A DNA stretch of 64,000 nt from an uncultured archaeon (lineage in GTDB: Archaea > Thermoplasmatota > Poseidoniia > MGIII > CAYLMJ01). The position numbers and the translations under genes were made by a program. The notes below the pieces were generated by a model, which saw nothing but the letters and a program-made list of their open reading frames with translations, made no database searches and was not told the DNA's origin. How positions within the stretch are numbered: position 1 is the first letter of the stretch; the number at the start of each line of letters is the position of its first letter. The DNA is taken from contig CAYLMJ010000001.1 of NCBI GenBank assembly GCA_964384995.1, forward strand, positions 100,408-164,407, written 5' to 3'. Positions 28,388 through 37,500 of this stretch are shown here, piece after piece.

Positions 28388-28529
28388 TACCCAGCTAGCT
28401 CCTTGAACCTGAAGATATCCTAGAATTACCAGGGACCTTGGGAGGTAAGGATATTATTCGGGCCCTGCCGAGGGCCTGGATGATGCCTATTTATACTATG
28501 TTCGGGTTGAATTGGCCTCGGGTGATAAC

Positions 28530-31500
28530 GTGGCCAGTCGCAGATATGCCATTTCCTTCAGCTTGCTCCTTCTGCTCTCTTCGCTGTTGCTTCCAGGCCC
28601 GTGGAACTCGCCTGCCCATGGCTCGATGACCGGGGATGAACCCCCGACCGACGGCGATTGGGTGGTGGAGCACAATTCAACGGTTCGCGACGAGAGCATT
28701 ACCCTCAACGGCAATCTGACGGTGACCAACAGCTCGGTCCTGGACCTGGCCAACGTGATCCTGCGCCTGAACTGCACCCTCCCGGACGAGTTCTCCATCA
28801 ACGTGGAGGCCGGTTCTAGCCTGATCGCCGACAACACCACCTTCACCCGCGGCGGCCAGCACAACTACAGCTTCACCTTCGCCGGCGGCTCGGCTGGGGC
28901 CCTCAACGACACGCTCATCGAGTATGCCGGGGCCTCGAGCAGGATGGGGCTGACGCTCCAGAGCGAAGCGGTGAGCCTGACCAACTCCACCATCCGCGAG
29001 AGCTACAACGGAGTGGTGGTGCAGAGCCCGGCCCGGATCGCCAGCAACACCATATACAACACCTCGGTGGGTCTGGCCCTGGCCAACAGCGACGCTGGCA
29101 ACGACGTGGAGGCCGACAACACCTTCGAGCATGAGGACCACGGCAACACCATCGCCAACATCCGGTCCTACCGGCCGGTCACCGTGGTCATCCAGGACCA
29201 GGACGGCCAGGGCCTCGAGGCGGCCCGGGTCTACCTCAACGACACCCTGGGCGGCAACTGGGTCGACTCCCTCACTCCGGCCGACGGCCGGATCGGACCC
29301 ATCTCCCAGGTCGTCTGGGAGGTCACCCCCGGCGGGGTCAACCAGAGCCTGGAGCCCTTCGACCTGATCGCCACCAAGCACGGGCGCAGCAACTCCACCC
29401 GGGTCACACCCTCCAACACCACGACCCTGACCCTGGAGCTCAAACTCCTGCCCGACCTGGCGGTGGAGGACTCCCAGATATTGTGGGGAGCCACGCCAGT
29501 TTCCTTGACAGTGGTGCCCTCGGGCCGGGACAACGACACCCAGTTCAAGTACCGGATCATGGATGACCCGTCCCAGTTTCCCTCGGGCTGGTACGAGCCC
29601 GGCTTCAACGATTCGGCCTGGAACGTCAGCGCCGCTCCGTTCGGTGACAAGGACCAGGCCGGGACCGATCTCAACACCATCTGGGATTCCGAGGGCGAGG
29701 ACCCCTACACCAAGGACCATCTCCTGCTCCGTCACCGGTTCACCCTGCCCGAGGGTGCCAGGGTCCTGGACTCGGCCCTCAACGTGGCCTTCAACAATTA
29801 CTGCACCCCCTACCTGAACGGGAACAAGATCTACGACGAAAGGGGCTCCAACACCCACAGCGCCTCCTACTGGAACGGGGACGGGGACGCCGATGTGGAC
29901 CCTGACCACTTCACGGCCGGAGAGAACGTCATGGCCATCTACGGCCGGGACTACGTGTACCAGAGCCATGGCCAGAACAGCCAGTGGCTGGACTTCCAGC
30001 TCACCGCCGAGTACTACATCCCCGGTCGCGGAGACCTGGTGGTGGACTACTCCACCCTCATCGTGACCACCGTGGAGAACCGGGGGGTCGCGGCCGCCCA
30101 GGGCGTCCAGGTCAACCTCTACAACGACTCGACCCTGATGGAGACCAAGACCGTGGACCTGGGCGTCGGCGAGCAGAAGAACGTCTTCTTCGACTGGACC
30201 CCGGGTCACAATGGCACCCAGGTCCTGACCGTGGAGGTGGACGAGAGCCAGGCCATCGAGGAGGAGAACGAGACCAACAACAATGCCTCGGCGGAGGTCT
30301 TCGTGGGCGGCTACGGCATCAACCTGACCACCGATGACAACCACACCGCCATCACCTACAACCTCTCCCACCAGTTCAACCTCACCGCCTTCAACTACGG
30401 CGACATCAACGACAACGTCACCCTGGCCCTGACCCCGATGAACGACGTTACCGGATGGCAGACCCATCTATCACCCCAGCTCCTGGAGATGGAGCCTCAG
30501 GAGAGGTTGAACACCTCCCTGTCCATCCAACCTGTACGCGGGGCGCCGGTGGGCAATTACTCTTTCATCATCGCGGCCAACTCCCAGTTCCAATCCACAG
30601 GTTACACCACCCTGGTCCCCTCCCATTCCGATTGGCGCTGGCTTGACACCGACAACCCTCCCGCAGGCTGGGAGGAATCAGATTACAACGATTCGGGATG
30701 GAGCGAGGCTCCCGCCCCCTTTGGTGCGGGTTCGAACTTCGAGGACGAGGCCACTGAATGGGGCGGCAACGGATGGAGTTCCGATGACGAGGCGGTCTTC
30801 AGGCTCAGGTTCGATCTGACCAGGCCCATCAAGGAAGCCGTGCTCAAGCTGGCTGTGGCCGACGGGGCCCGGGCCTATCTCAACGGGGTGCAGGTTGTGG
30901 ATGACCTACAGGGCGACAATAACGATGGTTCCAGAGGGGCATCCCACTGGGACTACATCACCGGTGAGAAGCCCTCGGGCCTGGCGGCGTTGGATCTCGG
31001 CCTCCTGAACATTGGTGAGAACGTGCTGGCCATCCGCGTCTTCGATACCGGCCGGGCCAACTTCTTCGACGCCGAGTTCGATGTGGCCTATCATAGCGAG
31101 AACACCCAGGAGCTGGTGGTGGAGATCCTGCCCACCCACGACTTCGATCTGGGCAGTTACACCGATGAGTTCGAGCATCCCACCAACACGACCCAGGTCT
31201 ACACCATCAATCTTCACAACTACGGTCACTTCAACGAGACCATCGAGGCCCAACTGCAGGTCAACGACCAGCAGGGCGACTGGACCCACAACCTCTCGGC
31301 CGACAACCTTACCCTGGAGCCCGGCACCGGCGGCAGTCTCACCCTGGAGGTCTTCGCCAACGAGAGCCTCACCCTGGAGGACTATCTTGATCTCACCTTC
31401 ACCTTCCAATCACAGGAGGCTCCCTGGGTCAACCACACCTACGATCTCTTCCTGTGGGCCGACCCGCCCCATTACGAGTTCGAGCTGACCGACCCATCCG

Positions 31501-34364
31501 GTGATGAGGAGCACACGGGAGGCTCCACGGTGTACTACCCCATCGAGGTCACCAACAGCGGCAACCTCAACACCACCCTCAAGGCCACCTACCAGGTCCT
31601 GGACCAAAGCGGCAACTGGACCGTCGGGCTGGCACCCGCCCAGCTCACGCTTCAGGAGGACGAGGTCGGCCAGTTCGACCTGGAGGTCACCGGGGCCAGG
31701 GACCTGCGCGACTGGGACCATCTCAACGTCTCGGTGACAGTCTACCTTGACGACCACTTCGAGCTCAACGAGACCTACCTGCTCAACCTCACGGCGGTGG
31801 AGGCCGACCGGGGGTACTCACTGCACAGCGATTTCGAGAACCACAGCCAGCTGAACAACACCGTGGAGGTCTACTCCCTGACGGTGACCAACCTGGGGAG
31901 TCTCGATGAGATCGTCCTGGCCAACGTGACCATCCTCGAGCAGAGGGGGAACTGGTCCGTCAGACTGCTGGACGACAGCGTGGACCTGGCGGAGGGTGGC
32001 ACGGCGGATGTGGAGATCGAGGTGACGGCGGCTCCCGAACTGCGTTTCTGGGATTACCTGAACCTGTCGGTGGAGGTCACCCTGGAGCAGGGGGCCTGGC
32101 TTCGGGACAGCTACGTGCTGAACGTGACGCCCATCTTCGACGACCATTACCCGCCCGAGACCCGCCTTGTGCCCATGGGCTCCTGGGTGAGGGAATCCAA
32201 CGTGACCCTGGAGTGGGAGGTCATCAAGGATGAGTTCGACACCTTCTACTTCCAGATCCATTACCAGACCGAGGATCCCGGAGGCAACACCTCCGAGTGG
32301 GGTCTGTGGCAGACCTTCAACTACACCACCACCTCGGCCACCTTCCCGGTCCAGGACGGCTGGAGCTACTACATCTACAGCCTGGGCCAGGACGCCCAGG
32401 GCAACCTGGAGCTGGACAAGAAACCCCTCTGGGACAACCATTTCACGGTGGACCTGGAACCCCCCCAGACCCGCCTGTGGCTGACGGATCCGGAACTGGC
32501 AGTGAACAAGGGAACGGTGACCCAGACCGAGCTGGGCCTGGAATGGGCCCCGGTGAACCACTCCAGCCATGCCGATACCGACTACACCTACACCATCGAG
32601 GTCCGCAACCGCTCGGCGGACGGGGCCTTCGGGCCCTGGCAGCCGATGGTGGGTCTTGCGGACACAAAGGTCCAGAACGGCGATCTGGAGGCCCTGGACG
32701 GTCACACCTACCAGTTCCGCTCCATCGCCACCGACCCGGCCGGATGGGTGGAGAACAAGAGCGGCTGGGACCTCCAGGTGGCCATCGACCAAACACCGCC
32801 GGTGACCGGCATCCTGCCCCTGCCCGCCATCCGGGCCGAGACCGAGGTCACCCTCCTGCTGGAATACGAGAACAAGACCGATGTGGCCGAGCTCGAGGTC
32901 CAGTACACCAACTTCCCGGAGGACACACCTCCCAACGAGTATGTCTGGCTCAAGGGGGGCACCTTCCAGCCGGGCCTTCAGGGCCTGCCCGACGACCTGC
33001 AGTTCACCAAGCTGAGCGACGGACAGCGCTACCTCTTCCGCCTCATCGGGACCGACGCCATGGGGAACGTCGAGCCCAGGGACGGGGTCGTGGAGTACTA
33101 CGTGGGCAACCAGACCCCCGGTCAGACCCATCAACTGGGGAAACTGCCCCTGCCATCCCCTTCGACCCCCTACAGCAAGATCAAGGTGGAGGTGGACCCC
33201 GATGGTGATGGCGATTTCGAGGACACCCTGGTGGAGTCCCTTGACAGCGAGATACCCACCAACTCCCCCAACACCTTCCATCTGGACTACACCACCGGCG
33301 TGATCCACTTCGGCCATGGCACCGCCGGCTTCGTGCCCGCCAATGGCACCCAGATCAGGATCACCTACGACGCCTACGACACCGGCACCCTCATCGATTC
33401 CGTGGCTCCCAACGCCCCCGGCGTGTTCGTCAGGTCCGAGTTCAACGAGACCGACGGATCGGCCGAGCTCATCTGGAGGATATCCTCCAGTCCCGACGTG
33501 GTGGCCTACCGCGTCGAATGGACCACCGACCTGAACGGGAACTGGACCGCGGGCCCGGTCGTGGCGGCGGTCTACAAATCGGAGGTGGTCGGCGCAACCC
33601 TGCGGGGCCTGCCCACCGACAAGACCCTCTACGTGCGGGTGGTTTCCGTGGACCGGGCGGGGCTGGAATCGCCGGCCAACGCCTTCGCCACGGTGAACGA
33701 GCAGGCCGTGGAAGGCGAGGATGACGATGACGAAGGCTTCGACCCGACGGTCATGTACGCGCTCTTCCTGCTCAGCCTGGTGGCCTTCACCGTGATCGGC
33801 TACATGCTAATGAGAAGGAAGGACGAGCCGGCCTCGCCCCCGGGATTGGAGCCTCCCCCGCCGGCGGGTGTCTCGGTCATCCCAGCCCAGGAGGCCCGGG
33901 TGGTGGCGGCCCTGGAGGCCCACACCGTATACAAGCGGCCCCAGGGAAACCCCGATGAGCTGAACTGTCCCGATTGCGGATATTACTACACCCCGACGGG
34001 GGAGGACGAGGACCCCGCCTGCCCGGCCTGCGGCTTCCAGGATTCGAAGGTGGATGCGGAGGAGAAAGGGCAGGACGATGGACCGACCGGGGACCTGGAT
34101 GAAGATAAAGAGTCTGAGAAAGAACCAGGCACCGAGCCGGAGAAAGGGACGGAGCAGGACAAGGAAGATGAGGAAGTGCCGGGAACGGACTCGGATGATG
34201 AGAAACGCGGTGAGACCGAAGACCTGGAAGGTTCGGATGATGCCTCCTCCGAGGAACCCGTCCCCGCCGATAGTGATGAGGGAGCCACGCCTCCTGCCGA
34301 AGATGCAGAGAGCAAGGCAGATAGTGAGGATGTTGAGGCACCCGACAAGGATACCGAACAGTAG
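28530..34364 (+). CDS. Giant surface glycoprotein paralog 3 (more divergent, one extra Ig/NEW3-like module)
   Basis: GGTGA-TAAC-GTG at 28530; same domain order; TM VMYALFLLSLVAFTVIGYMLMRRK; CPDC..CPAC; long D/E-rich tail. Confidence 0.88.
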   Translation: MASRRYAISFSLLLLLSSLLLPGPWNSPAHGSMTGDEPPTDGDWVVEHNSTVRDESITLNGNLTVTNSSVLDLANVILRLNCTLPDEFSINVEAGSSLIADNTTFTRGGQHNYSFTFAGGSAGALNDTLIEYAGASSRMGLTLQSEAVSLTNSTIRESYNGVVVQSPARIASNTIYNTSVGLALANSDAGNDVEADNTFEHEDHGNTIANIRSYRPVTVVIQDQDGQGLEAARVYLNDTLGGNWVDSLTPADGRIGPISQVVWEVTPGGVNQSLEPFDLIATKHGRSNSTRVTPSNTTTLTLELKLLPDLAVEDSQILWGATPVSLTVVPSGRDNDTQFKYRIMDDPSQFPSGWYEPGFNDSAWNVSAAPFGDKDQAGTDLNTIWDSEGEDPYTKDHLLLRHRFTLPEGARVLDSALNVAFNNYCTPYLNGNKIYDERGSNTHSASYWNGDGDADVDPDHFTAGENVMAIYGRDYVYQSHGQNSQWLDFQLTAEYYIPGRGDLVVDYSTLIVTTVENRGVAAAQGVQVNLYNDSTLMETKTVDLGVGEQKNVFFDWTPGHNGTQVLTVEVDESQAIEEENETNNNASAEVFVGGYGINLTTDDNHTAITYNLSHQFNLTAFNYGDINDNVTLALTPMNDVTGWQTHLSPQLLEMEPQERLNTSLSIQPVRGAPVGNYSFIIAANSQFQSTGYTTLVPSHSDWRWLDTDNPPAGWEESDYNDSGWSEAPAPFGAGSNFEDEATEWGGNGWSSDDEAVFRLRFDLTRPIKEAVLKLAVADGARAYLNGVQVVDDLQGDNNDGSRGASHWDYITGEKPSGLAALDLGLLNIGENVLAIRVFDTGRANFFDAEFDVAYHSENTQELVVEILPTHDFDLGSYTDEFEHPTNTTQVYTINLHNYGHFNETIEAQLQVNDQQGDWTHNLSADNLTLEPGTGGSLTLEVFANESLTLEDYLDLTFTFQSQEAPWVNHTYDLFLWADPPHYEFELTDPSGDEEHTGGSTVYYPIEVTNSGNLNTTLKATYQVLDQSGNWTVGLAPAQLTLQEDEVGQFDLEVTGARDLRDWDHLNVSVTVYLDDHFELNETYLLNLTAVEADRGYSLHSDFENHSQLNNTVEVYSLTVTNLGSLDEIVLANVTILEQRGNWSVRLLDDSVDLAEGGTADVEIEVTAAPELRFWDYLNLSVEVTLEQGAWLRDSYVLNVTPIFDDHYPPETRLVPMGSWVRESNVTLEWEVIKDEFDTFYFQIHYQTEDPGGNTSEWGLWQTFNYTTTSATFPVQDGWSYYIYSLGQDAQGNLELDKKPLWDNHFTVDLEPPQTRLWLTDPELAVNKGTVTQTELGLEWAPVNHSSHADTDYTYTIEVRNRSADGAFGPWQPMVGLADTKVQNGDLEALDGHTYQFRSIATDPAGWVENKSGWDLQVAIDQTPPVTGILPLPAIRAETEVTLLLEYENKTDVAELEVQYTNFPEDTPPNEYVWLKGGTFQPGLQGLPDDLQFTKLSDGQRYLFRLIGTDAMGNVEPRDGVVEYYVGNQTPGQTHQLGKLPLPSPSTPYSKIKVEVDPDGDGDFEDTLVESLDSEIPTNSPNTFHLDYTTGVIHFGHGTAGFVPANGTQIRITYDAYDTGTLIDSVAPNAPGVFVRSEFNETDGSAELIWRISSSPDVVAYRVEWTTDLNGNWTAGPVVAAVYKSEVVGATLRGLPTDKTLYVRVVSVDRAGLESPANAFATVNEQAVEGEDDDDEGFDPTVMYALFLLSLVAFTVIGYMLMRRKDEPASPPGLEPPPPAGVSVIPAQEARVVAALEAHTVYKRPQGNPDELNCPDCGYYYTPTGEDEDPACPACGFQDSKVDAEEKGQDDGPTGDLDEDKESEKEPGTEPEKGTEQDKEDEEVPGTDSDDEKRGETEDLEGSDDASSEEPVPADSDEGATPPAEDAESKADSEDVEAPDKDTEQ

Positions 34365-34517
34365 CATCCACGGCCCGCCTCCGCCATTTCCGCCTCCGCC
34401 ACTTCCATCTCCTTTTGTCCCACGGTCCCAGCCAGCCGGGACCATGGCACCCGGCCGCCCACCCCACCCAAGGCCTTTTAGCAACCTCTTTCTTGGCAGA
34501 CCCCCGGGGTCGATATC

Positions 34518-37500
34518 ATGCGACGCGCTCTGAACCTGTTCCTCTGGGCCCTGCTGTTGCTCACCGTCGGTTGGATGCTCACAGCCCAACCTGGCCAGGC
34601 CATCTCGCTGGCCACCGAGGACATCCTCATCGATACTCCCAGCCTGAACGAGACCTCGCCCCATCTGGACGGCGAATGGCTGGTCTGGCAGGATGACAAC
34701 GGCACCGGCTTCGACAGTGCCAACCAGTTCCGCCTCTGGGCCAGGGACCAGGGGGCACGGGCCGCCGGCGACAGGCTGCTGGTCGACAACACCACCACCT
34801 ACAGCCCGGTCTACCTGGAGGACCCCTGGGTGGTCTGGGAATCCAAGAACCCCACCGGCGGTGACGTCCTTTACGCCCACAACCTGGACGACAACACCAC
34901 CACGACCCCCCTGTGGCCCTACGAGCCCACCAAGTACCATCTCTCGGGAACCTTCCTCTACTACTCGGTCTACAACGGCCAGACCATGAACACCACCTTC
35001 TGGGAGCATAACCTGGCCACCGGCTCGGAGAAGGAGCTCCACACCGAGGCCGGTTCCATCTACAGCTGGGACGTGGACCGCCCCAACCTGATCTTCGCCA
35101 ACAGCACCGACCCCAACGAGACCCTGTGGCATATCACCCTGGGCAGTCGGGCGACGCCCTCCGAGCTCAAGGTGGCCGACATGTTCTCCAGCCTCATCAT
35201 CGTGGGGGACTGGATCGCCTGGACCAACGACACCTCGGTCTTCCTGATGAGCCTGGACGGGGCGCTGTTCTACGAGCTCGAGACCTACATGGGCTACGTC
35301 AACGACACCTACGAGTATCCCTACGATCTCCACCTGGACGGCGACTGGCTGGTGTGGACCGTTTTCAGCTCTCCCGATGGTGACAACCATTACGCCTACG
35401 GCTATGCCCACCATATCCCCACCGAGACGACCATTCCCATCGTGTCCAAGTCCCGGAGTGAAACCGGCCAGACCGGCCTGACGGTGGACCAGGACCGCTT
35501 CGTCTGGCAGGACAGCCGCGGCGCCACCCACGACCTCTGGTGGCGGGAGGTGGCCAATCAGCCGCCCACGGCCATCATCGACTCCATCTCCCCGAACCCC
35601 GCCGAGCAGGGTACCACGGTCTTCTTCTACGGCAACGGCGACGATGCCGACGGGACCATCGCGGCCTACGAGTGGACCTCCAATCTTGTGGGCGGGACCC
35701 TGTCCACGGCCCAGAGCTTCAGCTCCTCCTCCCTGCCGCTGGGAACCCACTCCATCTCCCTGAGGGTCCAGGACAACGAGGGGGAGTGGTCCGAGGCGGT
35801 CACCGAGACCCTGTCCATCACCGCCGCAACCTCCAACGAGGCTCCCACGGCCTACATCAGTTCCATCTCGCCCAATCCGGCCAAGCCGGGACAGATGGTG
35901 AACTTCATCGGCGGTGGCAACGACCCCGACGGCTCCATCGTCTTCTACAGCTGGTGGTCGAGCCGGGATGGCGAGATATCCTTCGAGGCCGAGTTCAGCA
36001 CCGATTCGCTGAGCGAGGGCACCCATTACATCAGTTTTACCGTGGCCGACGATGACAATGCCTACTCCGATGCCGTTGACGCCACCCTGGTTGTGGGCAA
36101 CGCCACGGGCCCGGTGAAGCACATCGACTTCTCCCACCCCGAGGAGGACGGCGAGAAGGTGGAGGGGGACACCCCGGTGTACGTCTACCTGACCATGGAG
36201 GGGGAAGAGAAGCTCTACTACTCCCATCCCCACCGCATCCGACTCCTGCTGGAATCCCCGGCCCTGGACACCAAGACCCTCTTCGACACGGCCAAGAACG
36301 GCTCGGACGAGATCCACGGCGAGAGTATCTTTGCCGTCAACATCTCGGCCATGGACCTGGAGATGCTGAAAAGCTACCTGAAGGACTACGGCTCGGCCTC
36401 CTACTTCTTCCCTCTGGAGGGGACCCTCTTCACCGATGAGCTGCCCAACGGCAGGTACACCCTGCGGACCGAGATACTTGACAGCGAGGGCGAGGTCATC
36501 ATGTCGGCCGAGCGGACCATCGTGGTGGAGAACCCCCGCATCGAGCCGGCACCCGCGGTGGCCGGCGCCGCCGTGGGCGTGGTGGCCGGAGGGGCCGCCG
36601 GAGCGGCCCTGGGAGGCGCCGGGGCGGCCGCCGGAGGCGCGGCCGGAGGAGCCGGCGGTGGAGGGGTCCAGGCCGATGGCGTGGGCTCCAAACTGCGCCG
36701 CAAGAAGAAGCTCACAGGAGGCCTCTTCGGCGAGGGCTTCGCCATCCTCCTGGCCCTCATCGGCATGGTGCTGGCCTACGCCTACGCCAGCCTGGCCCAG
36801 CCCACCCTGGACCCTCTCTCCAACCTCGGCCAGTTCAACACGGTCCTGCTCTCGGACATCGGCGGCTTCCTGGCCGACCTGGGCCACATGGTCCTCTTCC
36901 TGGGCATGGTCATGGCCATCGTCATCATCTTCAGGGCCGGCGTGGACCACCTGGCGGCCCAGGCCCAGGGGGTCAAGTCGGTCTTCAAGCTCCAGGCCCC
37001 GGGAACGGCGGCGCTGGGACTGTCGACAGCCCTGTTCGGCATGCCCTTTGGCTATCCCGCCCAGTCGGTCCACGAGAAGAAGGCGGGCAACGAGCTGAGG
37101 GAGGCCCGCATCGCCATGTCCCAGATAATGGGCACCCTGGTCCTGGTGCTGCCCTTCTGGATCATCTGGCAGTTCGTGGAGGTGGCCCGGTTCATGGCCG
37201 AGATAGGCTTAACAGTGGTGCTGATGACCGCATTCTCCATCGCCATCCCCCTGAAGCACAGCGAGGGCCGCTCCATCTACCGGTGGAGCCGGGAGCTTTC
37301 GCTGGTCATGATGGTCATCCTGGTCTTCTTCTTCTACGGCTGGCAGCTGGACTTCCTGCCCACGGCCCTGCTGCCCCTGCTGGGCCTGGCCGGCATCGCC
37401 GCCATGCCCAACCTGCTCAAACCGGCGCCCAGGGGACCCTCACCCTACGACGACCTGGAGGACGAGGGACCCGGCGACCTGCCCGAGGCGCCAAGGGGCT

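Noticed and set aside
21761-33368. Prophage or complete eCIS locus
   Set aside because: Only an isolated baseplate-like domain is seen; no sheath, tube, spike, terminase, capsid or integrase.
17534-34364. Diversity-generating retroelement explanation for paralog variability
   Set aside because: No reverse transcriptase or Avd in the window, and differences between repeats are not confined to adenines.
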